Shown in pieces: positions 41,742 through 50,437 of a stretch of DNA of 64,000 bases; position 1 is the first letter of the stretch, and each line of letters begins with the position of its first letter. Source of the stretch: Candidatus Dormiibacterota bacterium. GTDB lineage: Bacteria; Chloroflexota; Dormibacteria; Dormibacterales; Dormibacteraceae. The notes below the pieces were generated by a model that saw only the letters and a list, made by a program, of their open reading frames with translations, made no database searches and was not told where the DNA came from. Both the position numbers and the translations under genes were made by a program. The stretch covers positions 218 through 64,217 of the forward strand of contig DATEGB010000006.1 in assembly GCA_035280365.1 (NCBI GenBank), written 5' to 3'.

Positions 41742-42270
41742 ACGACCGAACAAGAAGCCGGGCCGAGCCCGAGGTCAGGCGCCTCGCGCTCGGCCGGCGT
41801 CTCGGCCCGCTGCCCGGGTAGCGAAAAGGCCGGCGAAGAAGCCGTGGAAACCGCCTCCGAAAGCCACAAGCAGGCCGGCTCCGCGCGCCGCTGACCTGCC
41901 GACGCCAAAGCCCCTGCCCGCCAAGCCGGTCGTGCCGGCGCCCCGGCCCGGGATCAGGCTCTCTGGCTCCGCTTCGTCGCGGCTGACGATCAAGCCCAGC
42001 CCGCCGACGGGCCCTCGCCCGCAGCTGCAGCTGTCGACCAAGGTCCGGCCGGGCGGACCGCGGCGGCTCAGCGAGGTCGAGCTGGACGAGGACGAGGTCC
42101 TGATCGACGGCTTCGACGCGGTGCTGAACGATGTCAAGGTCCGCATCACCGCCGTCCTCGAGCGCACCTGCGTCTACGTCGACCGGGGCGGCGACCGGCG
42201 CCTCGCGCGCAAAGAGAACCTCTGGGTCGAGGCTGACAAGCTGCCCATCAGGCGGCGCGGCCTCAGTTAA
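41728..42270 (+). CDS. Hypothetical Pro/Lys/Arg-rich protein with small globular C-terminus
   Basis: 180 aa. Its GTG overlaps the bactofilin gene end by 14 nt. The N-terminal 110 aa are low-complexity and basic, and the C-terminal ~60 aa are of ordinary composition. Confidence 0.55.
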   Translation: MSSSKRPNKKPGRARGQAPRARPASRPAARVAKRPAKKPWKPPPKATSRPAPRAADLPTPKPLPAKPVVPAPRPGIRLSGSASSRLTIKPSPPTGPRPQLQLSTKVRPGGPRRLSEVELDEDEVLIDGFDAVLNDVKVRITAVLERTCVYVDRGGDRRLARKENLWVEADKLPIRRRGLS

Positions 42271-42281
42271 CTTTCTTCCCA

Positions 42282-43286
42282 GTGATCGAAGAACCCAAGA
42301 TCAACCGTAACCTCGCGCTCGAGCTGCTCCGCGTCACGGAGGCGGGAGCGCTCGCCGCCGCGCCGCTCCAGGGCAGGGGCAACAAGGAGGCCGCCGACCG
42401 GCGTGCCGTGGAGGCGATTCGCGAGTCGCTCGCCTCGGTCGACATGAAGGGCACGGTGGTCATCGGCGAAGGCGAGAAGGACGAGGCGCCGATGCTGTAT
42501 TTCGGCGAGGAGATCGGCAACGGCCTCGGCCCGGAAGTCGACGTCGCGGTCGACCCCATCGAAGGCACGAGCCTGACCGCCTCGGGGCTCCCCGGCGCCA
42601 TCTCGGTCGTTGCCCTGGCGGAGCGCGGCACCATGCTCACGACCCACGTCCACTACATGGACAAGCTTGTCGTCGGTCGGAAGGCCCGCGGCGTCATCGA
42701 CCTGGAGATGCCCGTGGAGTGGAACCTGCGGCGGATCGCCAAGGCCGAAGGGCTCCCGGTCCAGGAATTGACCGTGGTCGTCCTCGAGCGTGACCGGAAC
42801 AAGGACGTCATCGCCCAGATCCGCGCGGTCGGCTCGCGCATCAAGCTGATCTCGGCCGGCGACGTCGCCGGGGCGCTGGAGGCGGCCCTGGAGACGCGGT
42901 TCGGCATCCACTGCATGATGGGCTCAGGCGGCGCCACCGAGGGCGTTCTCGCCGCGTGCGCCATCAAGACCATCGGCGGCGACATGCAGGCCAAGCTCTA
43001 TTTCCGCAACGACACGGAACGTGAGATGGCGGCCAAGGAGGGCCACAAGACGGACAAGGTCCTCTGCATCGACGACCTCTGCAAGGGCAAGGACGTCTTC
43101 TTCGCCGCCACCGGGATCACGACCGGCGAGCTGCTTCACGGCGTGCGCTACGAAGACGTCTACGCATACACGCAGTCGATGGTTTTGCGCTCCACTTCAG
43201 GCACCATGCGCATCGTGGACGCGTACCACCCCATCGACAAGCTTCGCGTCAAAGGGCTTCTGCCCGAGCAGGTCCGAGTCCGCTGA
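42282..43286 (+). CDS. glpX: Fructose-1,6-bisphosphatase class II
   Basis: Matches the GlpX pattern (LELLRVTEAGALAAA, VVIGEGEKDEAPML, DVAVDPIEGT). Confidence 0.93.
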   Translation: MIEEPKINRNLALELLRVTEAGALAAAPLQGRGNKEAADRRAVEAIRESLASVDMKGTVVIGEGEKDEAPMLYFGEEIGNGLGPEVDVAVDPIEGTSLTASGLPGAISVVALAERGTMLTTHVHYMDKLVVGRKARGVIDLEMPVEWNLRRIAKAEGLPVQELTVVVLERDRNKDVIAQIRAVGSRIKLISAGDVAGALEAALETRFGIHCMMGSGGATEGVLAACAIKTIGGDMQAKLYFRNDTEREMAAKEGHKTDKVLCIDDLCKGKDVFFAATGITTGELLHGVRYEDVYAYTQSMVLRSTSGTMRIVDAYHPIDKLRVKGLLPEQVRVR

Positions 43287-43369
43287 GCGCGACAGAGGCA
43301 GGGCAGTTCCTCACTGCCGCGGCGAAAGCGCTCGGGCCTCCGCAGTGGGAATGGATCGCGACCGCACGC

Positions 43370-44098
43370 ATGGTCTCCCGGCAGCGCCCGTCGACCGCGG
43401 CGGTCGAGGAAGTGCTCGATGGACTGCTCTCCGGCGCCGACCAGGCCATGGTCAACGCGTTCACGACCGGCTTCCGGGTGACGCAGGTCAGGAACGCGAT
43501 CGCCAAGTGCCTGAACGACCCGAACGCCGTGGCCGCCGCCCTGGAGTCGGCCCAGGTCGTCTCCCTGGGCATCCTGGTCCGCGAGCAGATGCAGCCGGCG
43601 CCTTTCGATGCCGTCTACAGGCCGTTCGCGACCGTGCTGCCCGGGCCGACCTACCGTCCCTCGGCGCCGATCGACCAGCAGATCGCCGCGTTCCTAAGAC
43701 ATCTGCCTACGCTCACGGGCGACATCGAGGTGGAGGTCGCGACCGTGGCCAAGTCCTTGAGCGAGAAGCCGAAGCCGCCTGCGCCCGCCGGCGCTGCCGC
43801 CGCGGGTGTGCCGGTCATCGCGGTGCCGGCCGGGCTCGACCCGGCGGCGAACTTCACCGCCGCCTGGAAGCAGGTCATCTCCACCGCCAACCAGGTTGGG
43901 CGCACGCAGGCTTTCCGGGCCATGCAGGACAGCGCCGAGCAGGCCGCGCCGCACGATGGCCTGGGCATCGTCGGCTTCGCAGGTGTCGCCGCCGGCGCGA
44001 TCTTCATGCGCGACGCGATGCCCATAGAGAAAGTGCTGTTGCTCTACGAGCCGTTCGCCTCGGCGTTCCCCTACGAGTCGCTCGCCCAGGCGCGATAG
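43370..44098 (+). CDS. Hypothetical protein
   Basis: A 242-aa ORF with ordinary composition and GC3 bias. No family recognised. Confidence 0.55.
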   Translation: MVSRQRPSTAAVEEVLDGLLSGADQAMVNAFTTGFRVTQVRNAIAKCLNDPNAVAAALESAQVVSLGILVREQMQPAPFDAVYRPFATVLPGPTYRPSAPIDQQIAAFLRHLPTLTGDIEVEVATVAKSLSEKPKPPAPAGAAAAGVPVIAVPAGLDPAANFTAAWKQVISTANQVGRTQAFRAMQDSAEQAAPHDGLGIVGFAGVAAGAIFMRDAMPIEKVLLLYEPFASAFPYESLAQAR

Positions 44099-44201
44099 TC
44101 GCGACTAACCGAACTTCACGCCCGCCGAAAGCCGCGATAGTCGCGACTAACCGAACTTCACGCCCGCTGGATCCGTCGATAGTCGCGACTATCGACGGAT
44201 C
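44091..44201. repeat. 42-bp-phased repeat array carrying three TAGTCGCGACTA palindromes; the last lies inside a perfect 32-bp palindrome
   Basis: The 35-nt direct repeat at 44091-44125 is identical to 44133-44167. The 12-bp palindromes are at 44096, 44138 and 44180. The perfect palindrome GATCCGTCGATAGTCGCGACTATCGACGGATC spans 44170-44201. Confidence 0.9.
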
Positions 44202-45847
44202 TAGGCTGTCCTGACCCCCGCGGCCTTCTCCAGGCCCAGCTCCTCCACCGCGACCTCGCGCATCTTGAACTTCTGGATCTTGCCCGTGACTGTCATCGGG
44301 AAGGCATCGACGAACTTCCAGTGGCGCGGGATCTTGTAGGTCGCGATCTTGCCCTTGCACCACGCGGCCAGCTCCTCGCCGGTCGCCGACGCGCCCTCGC
44401 GCAATTTCACCCAGGCCATCACCTCCTCGCCGTACTTCTCGGAGGGCACGCCGATCACCTGCGCGTCGGCGATGTCCGGGTGCGTGTAGAGGAACTCCTC
44501 GACCTCGCGCGGGTAGATGTTCTCCCCGCCGCGGATGATCATGTCCTTGATCCGGCCGACGATGTTGACGTAGCCCTCGTCGTCCATCGTCGCCAGGTCG
44601 CCGGTGTGCATCCAGCGCCCGGTGTCGATCGCCTGCCGCGTCGCCTCGTCGTTATTCCAGTAGCCGCGCATGACGATGTAGCCGCGGCTGCACAGCTCGC
44701 CGGGCGTGCCGCGGGGCACGACCGCGCCCGTGTTCGGGTCGACGATCTTGATCTCGACATGCGGGTGCACGCGGCCGACGGTGGAGACCCGGCGTTCGAG
44801 CGGGTCGTCGGTCGTGCATTGCGTGGAAACAGGTGAGGTCTCGGTCATGCCGTACGCGATCGTCATCTCCGGTATGTGCATGGCCGTCTGCACCTTCTTC
44901 ATGACCTCGACCGGGCAGGGCGAGCCGGCCATGATGCCGGTCCGCAGCGAGGTGAAGTCGAAGTCCTTGAAGCGAGGGTGCTCGAGCTCGCCGATGAACA
45001 TCGTCGGCACGCCGTAAAGCGACGTGCACCGTTCGTCCTGGACGGTCTGCATCGTGACCACCGGGTCGTACGCCTCAGCCGGTACGACCATGGTCGCGCC
45101 GTGTGTGGTGCACGCGAGGTTGCCGAGCACCATGCCGAAGCAGTGGTAGAAGGGCACCGGGATGCAGACCCGGTCGCGCTCGGTGTACTTGAGCGTCTCA
45201 CCGATGAAGTAGCCGTTGTTGAGGATGTTGTGGTGCGTGAGGGTCGCGCCTTTCGGAAAGCCGGTCGTGCCCGACGTGTACTGGATGTTGATCGGGTCGT
45301 CGAACTGCAGCGTCGACTCGAGCTCGCGCAGCTCCTTCACGTCGACTCTGGCCGCGTCGCGCTTCAGTGCCTCCCAGCCGTCCTCGAGTACAACCGCTTC
45401 GCGCAAGCCCGGACAGCGTCCCTTGACCTCGCCGAGCATCGACACGTAGTCGGCCTGGCGGAAACGCGCGGCGATGATGAGGAAGCAGATCCCCGACTGG
45501 TTGAGCACGTATTCGAGCTCCGACGTCCGGTAGGCGGGGTTGATGTTGACGAGGATCGCGCCCATCGCCGCGGTTGCGTATTGCACGATCACCCACTCGT
45601 AGCGGTTCGGCGACCAGATGCCCACACGATCGCCCTTCTTCACGCCGCGCGCGATCAGCCCGCGCCCGATTTCTTCACATTGCCGAATGAGCTCTCTATA
45701 CGTCGCGCGGTAACCCTGGTACGGCACGACGACAGCTTCCCGATCGCCGAACCGTTCGGCGGTGCGACGCAGGTTGTGAAAGATCGGTTCGCCGAGAAGC
45801 GGCCTGTCGCTGGCGCCGTGGACGTAGCTCACCTCAGTCATTTGCAT
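44201..45847 (-). CDS. AMP-dependent acyl-CoA synthetase
   Basis: Contains [11 protein letters not shown] and the GRWMHTGD-type motif. The track ORF was trimmed to ATG 45847 (MQMTEVSYV), which is preceded by AAGGGG. Confidence 0.9.
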   Translation of the reverse strand: MQMTEVSYVHGASDRPLLGEPIFHNLRRTAERFGDREAVVVPYQGYRATYRELIRQCEEIGRGLIARGVKKGDRVGIWSPNRYEWVIVQYATAAMGAILVNINPAYRTSELEYVLNQSGICFLIIAARFRQADYVSMLGEVKGRCPGLREAVVLEDGWEALKRDAARVDVKELRELESTLQFDDPINIQYTSGTTGFPKGATLTHHNILNNGYFIGETLKYTERDRVCIPVPFYHCFGMVLGNLACTTHGATMVVPAEAYDPVVTMQTVQDERCTSLYGVPTMFIGELEHPRFKDFDFTSLRTGIMAGSPCPVEVMKKVQTAMHIPEMTIAYGMTETSPVSTQCTTDDPLERRVSTVGRVHPHVEIKIVDPNTGAVVPRGTPGELCSRGYIVMRGYWNNDEATRQAIDTGRWMHTGDLATMDDEGYVNIVGRIKDMIIRGGENIYPREVEEFLYTHPDIADAQVIGVPSEKYGEEVMAWVKLREGASATGEELAAWCKGKIATYKIPRHWKFVDAFPMTVTGKIQKFKMREVAVEELGLEKAAGVRTA

Positions 45848-46051
45848 AATCCCCTTGACATTGTCCTCGGATCGTCGCAAGGTGAAGGCAATTCGTTCTC
45901 CGTCCGGGAACACCGACAGTCCACGCAAAGGTTGGCCTCCAAAAGTAGGCAACGGCCGTAAAGCGGCGCGGAATACCAGAAGCGTGTCACCCGGTGGCAA
46001 CCCGGTCGAGGCGGTGTCCGCTGCAGGCGCCGCCTCGTTTCTTGTCTAGAC

Positions 46052-46993
46052 GTGCTGAACCTGATGAGATTGCCCGCGCTCCTCACGCGCGGACTCACTG
46101 CCGTCGCTCTAGTCGCTCTCGTCATCACCGCGGTCGTCCATTTCGCGACCTACGGACCTGATGGGTGGGCGCCGGCGCTGATGGGCATCTGGCCGGCACT
46201 GTTCATCGCCGTGTTTCCAATCGCAGGCTCGGCGATCGTCGTCGTGAGCCTTGGTCGAGTACCGCTCGAGGTGCTGCTTGGCGAGCTGCCGGCGTGGCTC
46301 AAGATCGCCGGCCTCGCCGGCACGGCCTACGTCGCGGTCAACTTCCTCTTGATGTTCCGAGCGCTGTCGGGCGATGCCCAGCCGCCCGTGTTCGTGACCA
46401 GGCTGTTCACGGGCCACGCGATGTACTTCTTCGGCTTCGCTGCTGTGGCCTGGTATCAGTTCGACCGCATCCGGAGTGGCCGGCTGGACACCAATCGCCT
46501 GCCTCGGGACGACGCGCTCGAACGTGATCCACTTCCGCCGCCGCTGTCCCGGACCGTCGTGTTGCAAACGATGCTCTCGCGCGAGGAGTGCGCTGCGCGC
46601 CTGATGCGGCCGCGGACCCGACCGACGTTTTCGTTCGCGGGCGGCGGATACGGGCTGCGCGGTGAGGCGAACGCTGACGCGTTCAGGTTGGAGGCTGCCG
46701 ATCCGCGGATTCCGACGGTCTACGCCGTCGGGCGGTTCGAGGGCACAGGCCCGACTTTCATCCGCGTCTTTCTCACGTTCAAGCGCTGGTACCTGATCGC
46801 GCTGGGGACGACGCTCGTGTTCTTGCCCCTGGTGTGGTGGGCGCTGAGCGGGGTCCGGTTTGGCTGGCAAGGGCTGCTGTTCCTCCTCGTCTTCGGCATC
46901 GGGGGCAACCTCCTCTTCGGCATCGCCCAGATGCGTAGCCTCGAGGGCCAGATCCGCCGGACGACCGAGGCACAACAGGTCTCAATCGCCTGA
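46052..46993 (+). CDS. Hypothetical polytopic membrane protein
   Basis: 313 aa, with TM helices at both ends flanking a soluble middle part. No family recognised. Confidence 0.6.
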   Translation: MLNLMRLPALLTRGLTAVALVALVITAVVHFATYGPDGWAPALMGIWPALFIAVFPIAGSAIVVVSLGRVPLEVLLGELPAWLKIAGLAGTAYVAVNFLLMFRALSGDAQPPVFVTRLFTGHAMYFFGFAAVAWYQFDRIRSGRLDTNRLPRDDALERDPLPPPLSRTVVLQTMLSREECAARLMRPRTRPTFSFAGGGYGLRGEANADAFRLEAADPRIPTVYAVGRFEGTGPTFIRVFLTFKRWYLIALGTTLVFLPLVWWALSGVRFGWQGLLFLLVFGIGGNLLFGIAQMRSLEGQIRRTTEAQQVSIA

Positions 46994-47015
46994 CGGCTGC
47001 CGATAATTCGCGCTC

Positions 47016-48317
47016 ATGCGCGCGCTTGAGAACCGGCGCTTCCGCTGGGTCCTTCTCGCCATCGTGGGACTGCCCACCCTCGCGACCTATCTCTGGCAGG
47101 CGGCGATTCAGCCGGTGCTGCTCGGTGGCTACCTGGGGGACTTCCAGGAGAGCTACCTCCGGGCGGCGGCCCGCATCGCGGCCGGCCAGGACCCGTACGA
47201 CCTGTGCGCCACGATGGGCTGTCTCGAGCCGACGGGACCGCAGTACGTGATGCCGCCGGCGCTGGCGTGGATGCTGCAGCCGCTCGTCGGCGTGGACCCA
47301 CACGCGATCACCGCCGGCACCGTCCTCGTCCTGAACGCGTCGCTGGCGCTCTTCGCCTGGCTGATGCTCCGGACCCTGCGCATCGCCGACAGGCAGCTCG
47401 CGGTCCTGCTCGTGGTGCTCGCGGTCGCGTTCGAGCCAGTGGTCGGCAACGTCCAGGAGGGGCAGGTGAACCTCGTCCTGCTGGCGCTGTCCGGGATCTG
47501 GTTTGCGGCCTGGGTCCAAAGAAACCGGTCAAACGGCTGGTGGGGAGGCCTGGCGCTCGGGGCCGCCGTGGCGCTGAAGCTGATCCAGGGCCCGGTCGTG
47601 CTCATGGTGGTGTGGTCGCGTCGCTGGGCGATGCTTGCCGCCGCGGCCGCGGCCGGGCTCGCCCTGTGGCTGGTGGGCGCGCCGCAGTATCTCCTGGAGT
47701 ACCTCTTCAAGGTCCTGCCCGCGGTCAGCGCCGGTACCGGGTTCTTCGAGAACCACTCGCCGGGCGGCACGATCACCCGGCTGTTCGACCCGGCCACGTT
47801 CGTCGTCGTGCGCGGGAGCCCGACGCCGGCCCGGGTGCTCACGGTCGTGGTCGGCCTGGCGGTGTTGGCGGTGACGCTCGCGGTCGTGCGCTCGTCGCGC
47901 GACCGCGCCCTCGATGCGGCGGCCATCGTCGCCGCGACGCCGCTAATCGCCTCCTACTCGTGGGGGACGCACCTCGTCCTGCTCCTGCTGCCGATGTTCG
48001 TGCTCGTCGCCTGGGCGGTCCCGCGTCGGGACTGGACGGTGGCCGGGTTGGTGGCGGCCGGCTGGCTGCTCATCGGCCCGGTGCACAAGCTGCTGCAGAC
48101 GCTGCTGGTCAGCGGGTATTCCGACATCGTGGTGTTGCGCGTGCTTGCCGAGGCGGGAGTGGTCGGCATCGTTGCGGTGTGGATCGCGACCCTGGTCGGG
48201 GTCCGGCGCTCAGCGGACCGTCTTGATGCGGCTCACGAAAATCGTCCCGAGCAGGAGAAAGATGATGGCGCTCGAGAACACGATGCGGTAACCGCCGTTC
48301 CCGTGAGGACCGTTTAG
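47016..48317 (+). CDS. GT87/DUF2029-like polyprenol-dependent glycosyltransferase
   Basis: A polytopic protein resembling actinobacterial alpha-mannosyltransferase-like DUF2029 proteins (NVQEGQVNLVLLAL block). GATAAT lies 8 nt upstream of the ATG. Confidence 0.75.
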   Translation: MRALENRRFRWVLLAIVGLPTLATYLWQAAIQPVLLGGYLGDFQESYLRAAARIAAGQDPYDLCATMGCLEPTGPQYVMPPALAWMLQPLVGVDPHAITAGTVLVLNASLALFAWLMLRTLRIADRQLAVLLVVLAVAFEPVVGNVQEGQVNLVLLALSGIWFAAWVQRNRSNGWWGGLALGAAVALKLIQGPVVLMVVWSRRWAMLAAAAAAGLALWLVGAPQYLLEYLFKVLPAVSAGTGFFENHSPGGTITRLFDPATFVVVRGSPTPARVLTVVVGLAVLAVTLAVVRSSRDRALDAAAIVAATPLIASYSWGTHLVLLLLPMFVLVAWAVPRRDWTVAGLVAAGWLLIGPVHKLLQTLLVSGYSDIVVLRVLAEAGVVGIVAVWIATLVGVRRSADRLDAAHENRPEQEKDDGAREHDAVTAVPVRTV

Positions 48318-49493
48318 GGCGTCGATCATCGGCCCACCTATGAAGGGAATGATCGCCTGCGGCAGCGTCAGAGCGATATGGAAGATCCCCATGTCCTTGG
48401 CGGACTTTTTCTTGTCCGGGAGGGTGTCGCAGGCCAGCGCCCAGTCGACCGCGTAATAGAGGCCGTACCCAACGCCGTACGCGACTCCTGTAGCGAGCAC
48501 GAGGGGGATCGACCGCGGATAGAAAATGATGAAAACAAGGGCAACCAGCGCCTGGGCGGCGCCGGAGACGTACACGAACAGCTTTCGTTTCTGGATCCGG
48601 TCCGAGATGAGCCCGCCAAAGAAACCAAAAGGCACGGCCGTTGCGACGGTGATGAGCAGCCATGTCGGGGTGAACGTGTCCGGATTCTGGGATGGGTCGA
48701 GCACGACGTCGCGGAAGAAGTTGTGGAGGTTGTACAGGATCGCGGTGATGCCCGCCGAGATCATGAGCCGGGTGAATATGACCCACGCGAAGTCGCCCTC
48801 ATGAAGCGGACGCAGGAACTCCCGCACGGTTTCCCCTAGCGGGCGCCGAGGAGGAATGACCACCGGCGCCGCGCCTTCACCGCGGGCGGCCAGCACGGTC
48901 GGCAGAAGGGTGAGCAGGATCACCGCGATGAAAATCAGGTAAATGAGGCGGTTCGAGCCCAACAGCGCGGTCGCGCCCGTTCCACCGGCGATGCCCAGCT
49001 GGGTCATCGTGGCGAGATAGCCGCTGGCCTTGCCGAACTGCTGGGCGGGAACGACGTCCGGGATGATGCCGGCGTAGGCCGCGCCGGCGCCGTTGAAGAA
49101 GAACTGGATGATCACGACCCCGATAAGGATCTCCGGGTAGTTGGTTGCCACCATGAGCAACGCCAGGCCCGGCAGCGTCAACAGGGTTCCGGCCACCATG
49201 ATCGGCCGGCGGCGGCCAAACCGGGTGTTCATGCGGTCGGACCACGCTCCGACGAGAGGGGGCACGGTGACGGCCAGGAACCCGCCGATCCCGATCGCGA
49301 AACCGATGGCCGTGTTCTGAAGGCCTTTCGGGACGACATCGTCGACCTGGCTCTGGATGAGGTTTGTGGTCACGGGAATCCACATGAAGTTCATGCCGAA
49401 CCAGAAAGCGCTGAGCGCGGTGTGGCGCAGGTTGCCGAACGCACCTTCTGAAGGAGCCGCTGGGGGAGCGCCTACCGCCTCCGCCGTCGCCAT
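48210..49493 (-). CDS. MFS transporter
   Basis: About 12 TM helices with the MFS loop motif GAWSDRMNTRFGRRRP. Confidence 0.85.
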   Translation of the reverse strand: MATAEAVGAPPAAPSEGAFGNLRHTALSAFWFGMNFMWIPVTTNLIQSQVDDVVPKGLQNTAIGFAIGIGGFLAVTVPPLVGAWSDRMNTRFGRRRPIMVAGTLLTLPGLALLMVATNYPEILIGVVIIQFFFNGAGAAYAGIIPDVVPAQQFGKASGYLATMTQLGIAGGTGATALLGSNRLIYLIFIAVILLTLLPTVLAARGEGAAPVVIPPRRPLGETVREFLRPLHEGDFAWVIFTRLMISAGITAILYNLHNFFRDVVLDPSQNPDTFTPTWLLITVATAVPFGFFGGLISDRIQKRKLFVYVSGAAQALVALVFIIFYPRSIPLVLATGVAYGVGYGLYYAVDWALACDTLPDKKKSAKDMGIFHIALTLPQAIIPFIGGPMIDALNGPHGNGGYRIVFSSAIIFLLLGTIFVSRIKTVR

Positions 49494-49562
49494 GGCGGAA
49501 GGCTACTGTTAATCGGGTTTCCTGTGGGCCCAGACCTGAGTTAGTCTTTCCCGGCCTAGCCC

Positions 49563-49976
49563 ATGCCATCCATCCTTTCGCGGGCAAAAGAAGTTCTGGT
49601 CGACGTGCCGCGGCACGGCAAGCTGGCTTACTGTCTGCTGCGCGACCCGCGGGTGCCGAGGGCGCCGAAGGTGGTGCTGCTGGCCGCCCTCGGGGTCATC
49701 GTCAGCCCGATCGATTTCCCCGCCTGGATCCCGGTCCTCGGCGAGCTCGACATGCTCGCCTTGGGGATCCTGGCCGTGGAGACTTTCATCGAGGCGTGCC
49801 CGACCGAGGTCCGGCGCGAACACGAGGCCTTGATCAAGGATGGGCAGAGCGTGTGGGATCGCGACGTCCGCGATACTGTCTCCATCGGCAGGCATGGGGT
49901 GAGGCGCCTGTTCGAGCGAATCCGTTCGCGAGTCCGCCAGCGCGACGAGTACCAATCAATGTCGGAGGTCGTGTGA
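49563..49976 (+). CDS. DUF1232 (YkvA-like) membrane protein
   Basis: The pattern PKVVLLAALGVIVSPIDFPAWIPVLGELD fits DUF1232. Confidence 0.7.
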   Translation: MPSILSRAKEVLVDVPRHGKLAYCLLRDPRVPRAPKVVLLAALGVIVSPIDFPAWIPVLGELDMLALGILAVETFIEACPTEVRREHEALIKDGQSVWDRDVRDTVSIGRHGVRRLFERIRSRVRQRDEYQSMSEVV

Positions 49977-49977
49977 A

Positions 49978-50427
49978 GTGCGGGTCTTGCTGACGAAGGA
50001 TGTCGAGAACGTCGGCCGCGCCGGCGACGTGAAGGAGGTGGCCGACGGTTACGGCCGCAACTTCCTGCTGCGCCGCAAGCTGGCCGTCGCGGCGGGGAGA
50101 GGAGCGGAGGCGGAGGCGAAGCGGCTGCGCGAGGCCGCGCAGAAGCGCGAGACGAAAGATCGCAACGAGGCGCAGGCCGTGGCCGACGAGATCGACAACA
50201 AGACGGTCGTGGTCCGCCTGAAGGTCGGCGCAGAGGACAAGGCCTTCGGCTCGATCACCAACCAGGACATCGCTGCCGCGTTGAAGGCGCAGCACCGTGT
50301 CGAGATCGACCGACACAAGATCGACCTGAAGGAGCCGATCAAGGCGCTGGGCGAGCACCAGGTGTCGCTGAAGCTGCACCGCGACGTGGTCGCTCGCATC
50401 AACGTGATCGTCACGCAGGACCGCTAA
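49978..50427 (+). CDS. rplI: 50S ribosomal protein L9
   Basis: MRVLLTKDVENVGRAGDVKEVADGYGRNFL is canonical for L9. A GGAGG Shine-Dalgarno is upstream. Confidence 0.95.
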   Translation: MRVLLTKDVENVGRAGDVKEVADGYGRNFLLRRKLAVAAGRGAEAEAKRLREAAQKRETKDRNEAQAVADEIDNKTVVVRLKVGAEDKAFGSITNQDIAAALKAQHRVEIDRHKIDLKEPIKALGEHQVSLKLHRDVVARINVIVTQDR

Positions 50428-50437
50428 GAGGCTCCGC

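Noticed and set aside
44091-44201. The possibility that the 42-bp repeats are a small CRISPR array.
   Set aside because: There are only 2.6 copies, and the non-repeated part between the 35-nt units is 7 nt, far too short for spacers. No cas genes are present. It is better described as a tandem or palindromic intergenic repeat.
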